A stretch of 62,513 nt of DNA, filler included, from Porpidia crustulata (lineage: Eukaryota), in NCBI GenBank assembly GCA_964255105.1. It is 5 parts of 5 records of this genome, joined end to end, with 100 filler letters (N's around TTAATTAATTAA, not from the genome) between each part and the next. Parts side by side here need not be neighbours in the genome. Positions count along the whole stretch, not along the records: positions 50,108 to 62,513 come from CAXUWE010000539.1; 4 more parts are not named here. One strand, 5' to 3'. Below are positions 50,507 to 62,513 of this stretch, piece after piece. Within the stretch, counting starts at the first letter, position 1, and each line of letters begins with the position of its first letter. A model generated the notes under the pieces. The model saw nothing but the letters and a program-made list of their open reading frames with translations, ran no database searches and was not told where the DNA came from. Made by a program: the position numbers and the translations under genes.

Positions 50507-52422
50507 TTAGATCAGGGTATTCTGTTCTTCGTCCCCGTCGGTGGAGGGACGCGAAAGCGGTTCGTCCCAGTGAACTTGGGGATTTTGGTTAGCTTGCGGT
50601 GGTCGAGAGGGAAAGAATGGATGAAAAGGGATGGATGGAGTGGATGGTTGAGCTTACCGTGTGGTTTGATGAACCAGCTTAAGAAAAATGCCACACCGAA
50701 TGTGGCGGCCAGGCAGACAAACACCGTTTGTGTGAATTTGCCTACCGTGAGGCTGTAGATGAGATTAAAGATCGTAGGTCCCACGACCCGAGCCAGGGCA
50801 TGCAGCAATCCCATGGCACCCAGTACCTGGCCCGTCTGATCCGGCGGGACATGTTTCGTAATGGCCGACTGCAACGTCGGCGAGCCCATGCCACCGACCG
50901 AGGCGACGGCGCCGGAGACGATGAACCAGGAGCCGGTGCGGGCGATGGCATAGCCCATGTATCCCAACATGTCAAAGAAGACGGCCGCTCTGATGATGCT
51001 GAGGTCCGCGAGACCGGAGCCGGACTGCCGCGTGGGCGTATCGGTTTTCGGGCCCCGGCAGAGATAGACGATCAATGGAAGGAGCGCGACGAGACAGGAG
51101 ACGCGGCAGATGTTGGCGATGGAAACGAAGATGCTGGTTTCAAAGGTGCCCCAGCCGAACATGAAGCCGGAGAAGTAGACCACGACGGTCATGGAGCCCA
51201 TTGCCACGCCGAACATGATGGTATCGACGGAGGCGAGCAGGACGAGGTTGCGACGGACGGCGGCTTTGGTGCCTTCACCCGTAGGCCATAGTATCGCGAG
51301 GGGAGCGAAAATGTTTGCGCCTCGGAGGCCCTTTATAAGGGTATTCTCCCAGGTCTGAGAGTTTTGTTCGCCTTGTCCCACAAAGTCTTTCTTTTCCCGC
51401 GCGGCCAATTGGCGCTTGTGGGAGAGAGACTCAGGAACGAGAAATACGAGGAAGAGGAAGAAAATGCTATGACAACCCAGGGCTAGGTAAAATACAATCA
51501 GAATATTATTAGTTTCCTTGACAAGGTAGCCTGTGGCGATCGGTCCTAATGCAATTCCGCCGAATAGAATGGCGTGAAAATAGCCAAAGGTGACTGCTCT
51601 TCTACTCGGAGCGGTGCAGTCGCTCGCATAAGCGTTTGTCAACGCCAAAGCAGCGACAAAGGATCCACAAAGGCCCTCGAAGAAGGAGCCTAGGAGTATC
51701 CAGTTGACAGAGACGGTGTCCGGGTATAACGCGGCGATGATGATGATGACCTCTGATATCAGCGCACCCAAGATTGTAAATGCAATCATTCTTTTACGGC
51801 CATAGCGATCCGAGAGAGTGCCAAGTTGAGGGCTGGTGACTGCTGACAGGAGACCAGCTATGATACTTTGGTAGAGTGTGAACCTCGATACCAGGGACTG
51901 GATCTCTGGTATCTTGCACTGTGGATTATCAACGCCGAGAATGACAGGCATGATAGGTGTAGTTGGGTTGTCGATAGGCCTGTCTATGAAGTACTGCCGG
52001 CAGACCAAATCGAGTATCAGGTTTAGTCTTGGGACGGCAATTCCTCCGATGGCGAGAGTGAATAGAAAGAAGGGTGGTAATAGCCAGAAGACCTGATAAT
52101 CTGGTCAATAATGTATCATAGCCAGTGACAGTCCATGACTCACGGACGGTTTATTCCACCATGATTTCCCTTCAAAGTCTCTCTCGCCAGACCATTCCGG
52201 GGGCCCTCTACTGTCTTCATTGTCCAATGCATCTGATGTTGAGCCGTAATCGTTGTCAATTTCCCGCGAAAGTAAAGGTGTTTCGTCATAATCGTTCTCT
52301 TTTCGAGTGCCAATCCTACTACTTGATGCTTTGCCTGAACCGTTGCCATGATATCTAGATTGATATGATCGTGAGCGTGCCTCTAGTGCAGCTTCGGCCT
52401 CGAAGGCCTCGTTGTTCTCCAT
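50507..52422 (-). CDS. MFS transporter (tetracycline-efflux/SLC46-like); exons 52422-52144, 52092-50658, 50574-50507
   Basis: Multiple hydrophobic helices, motif A GTLSDRYGRK, AYASDCT, N-terminal acidic dileucine DETPLL (vacuolar sorting-like). Confidence 0.9.
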
Positions 52423-52777
52423 TGTTTAGAAAGTTCCAACTATTCCGAAGAATCAAAGCTTCAGTGGCTACGGGAGGATGATGAGTAAATGAAGATGGTC
52501 GGTGGCGGAGACCGAGCAAGACCGCATGCCGCAGAGCAGAAACCTCTTATCGCATAGTATGGTGCGATCGGAATGATGGAGTGAGTAGAGAAAGGATGGA
52601 CGTAAGGCACTCATGAGTAAGTAACTGTTGTCGTCAGCAGCAGCCAGATATGTTATTGATTGGATATGCTAGTGACGGTAGGATGATAGACATGTTAATT
52701 CATATATTTCTTGGATGTTACACGTAAATCCACGATTGTACCTGAACGATACCGAGTCGTTGCGTCACCAACAGTAA

Positions 52778-52806
52778 GCCCGACAGCCCGACAGCCCGAC
52801 AGCCCG
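52778..52806 (+). repeat. Short tandem repeat (GCCCGACA)x3 upstream of the MFS gene
   Basis: gcccgacagcccgacagcccgacagcccg visible. Confidence 0.7.
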
Positions 52807-53914
52807 CCGCCAGGGTCTTCGGATTTATCAGCTGTCCGCTAACGAAGACGTGTCGGCCTTCAGATGTCGGACCAGACAATTGAGAAGGTTGTCATCCCTG
52901 AGCCTGATCATTCCACACAATCAGCATGGTCGCACTGCTGCGCGACGAAAGTGCAACATCATCATCAATACCACAAAAGAGCACTGCCGAAAACCTCGCT
53001 TAGCCGTCAGAGGCTGCGTTTTGATGAAGGATATCAAATGAAGAGTGGAAAAGACCTTTTCCACAAACCCCCATCGATACACTCGAACCTGGAAGAATCG
53101 CGAGTCTCAAGGCTCTCATGGCAGCTATCAGCTTTCTTGAAATTTATTTTAATTGAACATAGACAGCTAGTCTCTCCAAGGCCAGGAGTCGTTTCGACTT
53201 CCACAACCACTACCACGGGAAATTGTTTTGATGCTGATAACAAGACCTGCAATACGTATTTGGTGGTGGTGAAAGTCTTACTTCACGCACATCAAAGATT
53301 ATGATCTCAGATCTTATAATCCTATACTCACACATCGCGCGCTGAGTCACCCCCGTTTCAATAACTGCGCTGACCAGACCTTTATCAAGCCTCGGCGTAA
53401 TTCTTTGTCCTTTGAAAAACCTCTACTGCATTTATTTCCCATTTCCGAGCCTTTTAATCTCCAGCCGTCGATTGGTGCTCAACCATGACGGGCATTGTTT
53501 CGTTTCAAAGGGTGAACCTTCAATCTTTACCCGATGGATTCTGACTGCGCGTTGCTCTTATTTGATGGTAATTAAAAGTGTATGATCACATTGCGGTGTC
53601 GATCATGTCACGTATTCTGCGTGAAATCATCACCATGGCACCCTCGTATTTTCCTGCCGTTTCGCAACCCCGTGGGCTGACGACTACCTCCATCCTTCCG
53701 CGAGCAGGTGTCGGCCTTGTCATTATGCTCACAGTAGTAGCTGAACTCGTTTCATCGTGGTAATACCCTCTTCAGCACCTAAAGTCGTAGCCACCACAGC
53801 TCCGCAGCCATGATCGGAGCTATCATGCCATCTCACTTTGGATAATGACGACGGTATCGGTGGCTCTCTACCTCGTTTGTCCAAGCACTGATACTATGGT
53901 TCCCAAATTGGGAT

Positions 53915-56052
53915 TTACTGCATATCAAAATACTTTTCCACACGCTCGATGAGCTGGTCCTTCTTCCCCGTGAGACGAAGGCCTTTTGCTTGGAGAAAAG
54001 ATTTCAGGGTGGGGATCGTAAGCTGGTGGAATCTTTATGTCAGTGTTGCTATCTTCAGACGCGACAACGACAATCTGCTCAATAATGCTGGCGAGGAAGT
54101 TGATTTACCTTTCCAATGGTCTTTGTATCATAGGCCGTCCTCACCTCCCTTTCATCCACCACCACCTCCTCCATCTTGGCCATCTTGGCCCTCATCACTA
54201 GCTCGTCTCCTTGCGGTGCCCCTCGTTTCAGCGGTATATCTTGATTTGCGGTGTTTTTACGGTGCAACTCATGTTGCATATGCAATTCTTTTCCCCATTC
54301 AATAGTCAATTCACCAGCCCTTTTGTCAATCTGCTTATACCTCGGTACCGTCTTATCTTCGGGTGCCGTGGGCAGATCTTCATCAAGGGCCATAGCTTGG
54401 AGGATACGGTAGTGCCATTGGAGCGCAGGGTTTGGGTATCGAGACGGGTCGTATTGGGCTTTTGGGAGTTGGAGCGTTCGGACCACGTCACCCATGCGAT
54501 CGATGAGCGTTTCAGGAGCGCGGATCAGGGTCGTTTGAGGGTTTTGGCGAATGTCGTCTGCGAAGGGTAAAGGGATGATCCAGAGACCGGGGGGAGTGGT
54601 TTGTGCATTGTGATGGTCTAATCTTTCTGCTCCGGGGATTACTGCGGCGATTTGCGGTGTTGCATTTTTGCGGGCTACAAACCATGCTACCCCCATCTTG
54701 CCATCTTGCAAGAGCTTTTGATGTAGCGCGGAGAAGACGCGGGTGGAACCCACATAATCCTCTTCGGAGGGATAGATAAATGTTGAAGGTCTAAGGTTAG
54801 CCCATATGGGCAGCATAGACAGAGGCTTGAATCCTATGATTCGAATTCCCGGATCCCCAAAATGGCGTAAGTTCTCGACTTCTTCGGGAGTGAAAGTGAT
54901 CTGTTCGCCGCCGAACTTGTAGGCCTTCCTGATCTCTACCTTCTCTACAAGACGTGCGGTGTCTTCGGCTACTTGGAGTGTTATGCCGGTGGCGATTTGT
55001 GCCTTTTCTCCGCCAACATCGACATAGCAACTCCGTTTCGGTTCTTGGCGCTTTAAAATGATGAAGCCTTTCACGGAAATCTTGAAGCCCGGACCAATTT
55101 CGAAAGGGAGATTTGAGAATAGTGCCCTCCGTGCAACAGCTTTTGAATTGATAGATGAGAGAAGAGAAGTCAAAAGAGAAGTTCCGTCACTAGACAAGGA
55201 GGGACCGGTGGCACCTGAGATTGGTGCTGGCGCCTCTGGATCCGAGGGCAAAGCATTATAGATGATGTCCTTAGTATCGTCAGCTTAGTAGACGACGTTT
55301 CAGAAAAAGAATGCAGTACATCGTAGAATTTTGCTCTGTCAAATCCTGTGTGAGGCGTATGGATTGGAAATAATTCAATGATAACACCCAGATCGTACAA
55401 ATCTTTGGCTCGAACCGCGGCGGATGATTTCAATGCTTTTTCATGTGCATGAGGATTGTCGTTATCTGTGACTATAAAGAGGCGGCGTGAGGAGAAATTT
55501 GGAGCTCTAGTGGTAAAGATTTGATTCGCACAAAAAAGAACATTCGCCATTGAAACTGGGTCTTTGGATGGCACCAGCAGATTCGCAGATTCGTCTTCAT
55601 CCTCAACCAAATTTCGCAAAGTTTTGACATCCTCTGCTGCTGGTATATTAAGGTCTGTCAGGAGATAGCAATGCGGGTACGCCAGTCCTCCATGAGTAGT
55701 GTCCTCCCCTTGGAATCGAGATTTTTCTGTACCATAGAGAAGCACTCCCATCATATCATTCGGATTCGGTATAATACGCTGCTGCATTAGAGCGTAGGCA
55801 CATTTCAAGGCTGCTGACGTAGGATTATCTATATCTGCTTTCTTGGAGTCTTGCGATGGAGGCCTTTCCAGCATAGTAGGGCTAACTTCGATGACGAATA
55901 GTACTGCATCTTTCACGGACTTGTAGGCCTATATGGAAAAATTAGGCTGAATTTGGCGTAACGGCGTTGACAGAGCTTACAGTCTCGTCGAGCTCTTCCT
56001 CCTGCTCGTCCCCTTCCTCATTTTGGGGCTTCCACTTGCTCTCTTCAACCAT
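53915..56052 (-). CDS. KU70: Ku70 (NHEJ DNA end-binding); exons 56052-55981, 55928-55320, 55269-54109, 54022-53915
   Basis: vWA domain [11 protein letters not shown], core domain [21 protein letters not shown] and [16 protein letters not shown]-terminal SAP domain [26 protein letters not shown]. Confidence 0.95.
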
Positions 56053-56482
56053 GTTCAAAAATGTAATGAATTCAAGGGCGAATTTCAGGATCCAGTAGTT
56101 GTCAATGGAGATGTTCGAATGTTGTAGATAAATGAATGGTGGTTAGCTGATATAGCTTAGCCAGATCAAACATTGCATATTGTAATGAAGGACTTATACA
56201 ACAGGCAGACGTGATTTGCCATACCTTGTTCCCCACTTGTTCGCGAAAACACATGACTTCGCGTAAAGTACCTTACGAGGCTGATAGAGACAGGGGTACA
56301 GGGGTTGTTATGCACAAGCGTCATTGATAGGCACTTAAGCCATTCTGAACTTATCCGAGTTTTGGTACCTTATAAGGTAAGCTCTCCCAGTCCAATATCG
56401 TCTATCTTGTCGCCGCCTTTGCTATTTCTGCGTCTATCTGACTTCAAGAACCTGGGTCTAGGTAACTTACACATCCGTTGTT

Positions 56483-57917
<1,435 letters not shown>

Positions 57918-58080
57918 TAGGTATGATGACCATGTTGCTTACTCCACAAAGCCTTCGGTATGCATAAATGCTCAAAATTCCCCACTTCTTGCATAAGCGT
58001 TGATGTGTCTCAAAATACCATTCTTATCGTCCATAAGTCATTGAACCTTGATTTCTAAGGGTATACGCTTGAAAATTTCA

Positions 58081-59297
58081 TCATACTTCGTCAGGTTTCT
58101 CACCGGGACGATCCGTGACAAATGGCTCCAGATCCAGTCCACAAACATCCATCCTTTGCTCGCGGTACCTTTCATAAACCTCCAACCAAGCTCTCCGATG
58201 CTGAAATTGGGAAGGTATTGCCAGATCCCACAGCTCTCTCGGCACATCAAATTCCGGGCCTGGCATAGCCGGGTCAGAGAATTGAATGTAGGACGTAAGG
58301 CCCAAAAACTCTGCTGCATCGAATTGATCATTCTCTATATTGAGCGCTGATGTTTTCGCAACCAGATGAATCTGGTCCCCAGCAAAGTCTGTCATGAGCT
58401 GGATCTTCGATAGGTAATCGTCTTCTGAATAATTCCCCGCAGTTCTCGATACCGCCGCATCCTGAGCAGCTTGTACTGACGGCTGGATTAGTAGCACAGA
58501 AGGAATGGCGTCATCGTCTTGGTCACTCGCAGAGATGCCCAAGATCGTTGTCTCCATGGGTAGCGTGAAAAGCATGTCGATTCCGCCAGCATTGAGGACT
58601 AGGCCGGACGGTGGAAAATATACGATGCGGTTGAATAACGCGAGTGAGAATAGAGAAGTCAAAGGATAAGTTGCTTCAGCATCTATATGACGCAGTCAGC
58701 CGTGAGATACACCACAAACACAGATCAAAAATAAATACCTTGATCTACGCCTATTATAGGTTCGACCGGTTGCAGCATTACTCTATATCGACTCGCAGCG
58801 TTCCTCAAGAGCCTCATACTTGTCTCGAGCTGCGAATTTGATACTCCTCGCTTCGAGTTTTGTTTATCCCATGCCATTGGATACAAGATGATTCGTTGCG
58901 CCATACTTTTCTCGTGCTCGAGAGCCGCGAATAACATGACTGCATTGCAGACATGAATGTGATCCCTTACGAGTTGGACGTACGCTACTTTTGCCCATCC
59001 TCCTTTCGGCCTGTTACTCGCAAGATATTTGTCGTAGAAGGAGTAGCCTGGTGGTGTACCGAAATGTTTCGCTAGGACTGGACTCGGGGGAAGGGTTGGT
59101 GTGGGTATAGGCGGAGGTCTTATGGCCGCTTGTATACTTCGTACCGTTTGTTGTTGTAACACATATCCAGACAGGAATAGCAGAGACGTAAATATGAATA
59201 CTTTGAGCAGCATTAGTTTGGGCTCTCAGTCCTGGTGATTGAACTTGCCAACTCCAGACGAAACAGCCATGGAAATCTGCCCACTGGTGAGCAACAT
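58081..59297 (-). CDS. Type II membrane GT8/Gnt1-like glycosyltransferase homolog; exons 59297-59249, 59200-58739, 58682-58081
   Basis: N-terminal TM segment (VFIFTSLLFLSGYVLQQ), W.KVAYVQLV...VCNAVMLFAAL...AQRIILYP and YIQFSDPAMPGP motifs. The first intron is GC-AG. Confidence 0.7.
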
Positions 59298-59538
59298 GAC
59301 CGGCTCAGTTTAAGGGTAGACAACGCTCATTATGTATACAGTCAACAGCTCATTATTGACAATCAGTGGACGGATGGCGAGGCCTGGGGGTAAGATTCAC
59401 TGTTGATTGATCTCGATATCAATCTTAGTTGGCGGGGCAACATCTGAAAAATAAGCGCCAAGCGACCAAGGAAAAACCGCCCACGGCGGCATCCCAGCGA
59501 GCCCAAGTCATCTGCTATCACAGGTCACACAAACGGCC

Positions 59539-60228
59539 ATGAAGCATCAAGCTGATGCGAAGCGCATGCTCGACGACCGTGGATACGAAGGCCAAGCAAT
59601 CCACAACCAAAACCCCGCGCATTTACTGGAGAAGGCTGTCCGCAATCGGATCACCGAATCCTACTACTGGAAAGAGCAGTGCTTCGCCATCAATGAAGCT
59701 ACATTATGTGACCGTGCTGTGGACATAACCTACTTAGGAGGTACCTACGGACAGCAAAAGCCTACTCCCTTTCTCTGCCTTTGCCTAAAGCTCTTGCAGC
59801 TGATGCCGGAGCGCGATATTGTATTGGAGTACCTGCAGCAGGATGAATTCAAATACCTCTCTGCGCTTGCGGCATTCTATGTAAGACTCACTTTTGAGCC
59901 AAAGGATGTCTATATGACGCTAGAACCTTTGCTTGCGGACTATAGGAAGCTGCGAAGGCGGACTAAGGACGGGGGATATTCGCTCACCTATATCGATGAA
60001 TTTATTGACGATCTGTTGACCAAGGATAGAGTGTGCTCTACAAGCCTTCGTAAATTACCTCCGCGATCACTACTTGAAGATCTGGGGCAGCTAGAAATAA
60101 GAGAAAGTCCACTTGGTGAAGAGCTGGATGCCATTGATGATGACGAGGATGATTTGATGGTGGAAAATGGCCATTCTGCTTCTACGACCAATGGCAATCG
60201 ACCTGACCGCTCTGAGAGCGATGAGTAA
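59539..60228 (+). CDS. PRP38: Pre-mRNA splicing factor Prp38
   Basis: NPAHLLEKAVRNRITESYYWKEQCF, KPTPFLCL, FKYLSALAAFYVRL, DYRKLR, IDEFIDDLL. Confidence 0.93.
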   Translation: MKHQADAKRMLDDRGYEGQAIHNQNPAHLLEKAVRNRITESYYWKEQCFAINEATLCDRAVDITYLGGTYGQQKPTPFLCLCLKLLQLMPERDIVLEYLQQDEFKYLSALAAFYVRLTFEPKDVYMTLEPLLADYRKLRRRTKDGGYSLTYIDEFIDDLLTKDRVCSTSLRKLPPRSLLEDLGQLEIRESPLGEELDAIDDDEDDLMVENGHSASTTNGNRPDRSESDE

Positions 60229-60502
60229 AAGTTCTTCTTGTGGCTGTGAGAACATTTGCAAATGCTTCCTACCTTGGAACGTCCTGTAAGGGAAATGAAT
60301 CTCCTAGTCGACTCTAATCCATGTAAGAGGCAAAGAGATCGGCAAGAAGCCTGCCAGAAGTAAACGCATTCTCCAAGTCTCGGGGAGCTCTATATGAGAC
60401 CAAAGCTCTTCGGGTTGGAAGATGAAAAAGAATGCATTCCATTCTTTTCGCAACAGGTATATACATGTATCTCTCAAGTCGCAAACTATGTATGACATCC
60501 TT

Positions 60503-61888
60503 CTAGTAAAATTCTCTGGCCGCAAACCTCATCTCACTAGCACCTACATCAAAAACGGCCAACACATTCTTTAGGAAAACATCTCCCAAGATCGACAATC
60601 CTCCTGTACCGGCGTCATCTACACCTGAGATGCATGTTCCATTTCCACTCGGCAGGATCATGTCAAGCGCGTTAATGTAGAAGGTCTGCTTTCCAATTGT
60701 GACACCAAGCTTTGGAGCTTTAGCTGCACAGTCCACAGCATAAGCACCTTGATTTGGATCGTATACGGCAGGTGGGACAAATAGTGCATTTACTGCATCT
60801 GCGATACCAGTTGGAAGATATATCAGCGTTGTCCCGCTATCAACGATGAGCTGGACTTTGGACGGATCGCTTGGCTTTACCAGCGGATTCGGGAAATTTC
60901 CGTGAGCCCAATTGGTTTTTGCACTGCCTTCATAACTAAAGCCATCAACGGTGATGGTGTAGAATTGGTATTGAGGAATGCCGTCGATTGGATTGGTGGC
61001 CCCAAATCGAGTCATCGTGAGAAGCTGGAATGGCGCACTGGCGAACAGAGGAGAGAAGATGACAGGAGGTAGACCGCCAATCGCCATGAGTCCTCCCGCA
61101 GTCCCTCGGTCAATAGCAAGGCTGAATAGAGGAGCGACGTGGCCTTCACTATACATGTTGGTGAAGATCGGATTGTATACAACTTGAGTAGCGCTTGAAT
61201 CAAGTGTGGGATCGGTCCCTTTGTAGGCACTTGTGAGAGTGGGAAAAGACAAGCCTATGAGACCGCTCGAGATTCCGTCTCCGAACCAGGCTGCATAGTC
61301 AACCAAAGCTACTTGTTGGTTTTTCACCGTGATACCAGCCAAGGTTACACGCTCGATTCCAACAATGCCCGTCAGGACTTCGCCGTCTGCGTAAGATATG
61401 TTGAAGTTTTCATTCGGAATCTGTTTGAATGTTGACGAGATGTTGTACGTTGGCCCGAAGGCGCAATAGCTCTCTGGCTCGAGAGCCCCCGTCGTCACGT
61501 CAAAGCACTGAAAACCTGTCTCCGCAAGCCACGTATCGCTGCTTCCAGTATCGACAACGGCTTGGAAGGACTCAGTCCCGAATTTGATGCCTGCCAGGAA
61601 CACCTGGCCTTGTTCGACGGAGGTAAGCGGAGTGTAACCGTATACTCCGTTGACCTGGTTGCCTTTGCGAATTGACGCTAGATAAGCTGCACTGATGGCG
61701 CCGCTTTTGCGTGTTAGGCTGAGGACATTAGGAGACGCTACATTTGGACTCGGAGCCTTGAAAGCAGGAGGTTGTTGGCCTCCAACGACGAACTTCTTGA
61801 TACCTGGTCCAGTAGCTTCACTTGGAGCTACGCAGAGACACGATCCCAGGATGATGGCCTTTGTGAGAAGATCAACTGAAGGACGCAT
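60503..61888 (-). CDS. Secreted pepsin-like (A1) aspartic protease
   Basis: Signal peptide, both catalytic motifs VDTGSSDTW and VDSGTT, ILGDVFLKNVLAVFD. Intronless. Confidence 0.92.
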   Translation of the reverse strand: MRPSVDLLTKAIILGSCLCVAPSEATGPGIKKFVVGGQQPPAFKAPSPNVASPNVLSLTRKSGAISAAYLASIRKGNQVNGVYGYTPLTSVEQGQVFLAGIKFGTESFQAVVDTGSSDTWLAETGFQCFDVTTGALEPESYCAFGPTYNISSTFKQIPNENFNISYADGEVLTGIVGIERVTLAGITVKNQQVALVDYAAWFGDGISSGLIGLSFPTLTSAYKGTDPTLDSSATQVVYNPIFTNMYSEGHVAPLFSLAIDRGTAGGLMAIGGLPPVIFSPLFASAPFQLLTMTRFGATNPIDGIPQYQFYTITVDGFSYEGSAKTNWAHGNFPNPLVKPSDPSKVQLIVDSGTTLIYLPTGIADAVNALFVPPAVYDPNQGAYAVDCAAKAPKLGVTIGKQTFYINALDMILPSGNGTCISGVDDAGTGGLSILGDVFLKNVLAVFDVGASEMRFAAREFY

Positions 61889-62513
61889 CTTTAAGAATTG
61901 TACTCTTGATTGACGATCAAGATGGCAAGTTTCTAGAATCAATGGTATGGGACAGTCAGGGAGCGAGCAGAGTGCTTACTCTTTTTCGAACTGGCTCCAC
62001 GGCAGGACCTTGTATGTATACTGCGTTAACTAGATTTGTATACATACGGAAGGCAGAAGCTATCTGGTATAGCGTTCCGTATGCCGATAGATAAGTATTC
62101 ATTGGAATTGTGATCACTCGACTTGGTGAAAGGGTGTAGTATGATAGGCGGGGCTATGAATTCGATAGGCCAGGAATGGCAGGTGGTCACGAAGATTAAA
62201 GACCACCATTGTAAAGTGATCTGATAAATCCAGATTAAGCATCACTAGCAAGGAATCTAAGAGCTTGATCAAGATAAACAAATCGAATGATCTTAGTCCC
62301 AGTGGCGAATATCGATACAGTAGAGTGACTAAATGTTTGTGGTTCAAGATTTCCTTAGAGAAACGGAAAAGTGCGCTAGCCCATTTCAGACTGTATCTCG
62401 TTAATCCCACCTCTGAAGTCCTCACTACAAAGTATCCCGCCATCAAAGTTGCCAAACCAACCATCATTCCCAACGCAAACCTTGCGATCTACCGCCACCA
62501 CCCTCTACTCCCC

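Overview
Eukaryotic DNA from a filamentous ascomycete (Pezizomycotina-type genes, short GT-AG introns with CTRAC/CTAAY branch points). It is not one locus. Five unrelated ~12.4 kb contigs, in decreasing size order, are joined by artificial 100-nt N44-TTAATTAATTAA-N44 linkers. Contig 1: frameshifted F-box-like gene, LHS1 (ER Hsp70), RPS22 with an intronic snR44-like H/ACA snoRNA, a RING-like/LysM/UBA-like protein and a CAS1-type O-acetyltransferase. Contig 2: HEM4 3' end, Fus3/Kss1(Pmk1) MAPK, SEC24, UTP15 and an orphan secreted protein with two apparent long 5'UTR introns. Contig 3: conserved secreted protein, PhzF-like epimerase, conserved hypothetical protein, SAS2-like MYST acetyltransferase and a BTB pseudogene. 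Contig 4: PPR protein and a Con7-type C2H2 transcription factor with >7 kb of gene-free upstream DNA. Contig 5: MFS transporter, KU70, ferrochelatase, GT8-like protein with a GC-AG intron, PRP38 and an aspartic protease. I found no convincing multi-gene novel system, CRISPR array, tRNA/rRNA or intact transposon. The best leads are the intronic snoRNA, a possible intronized exon segment in con7, the long-UTR secreted orphan and recurrent C-rich to G-rich strand-skew switches. All exon boundaries were read by eye and family calls come from recognised motifs, not database searches.
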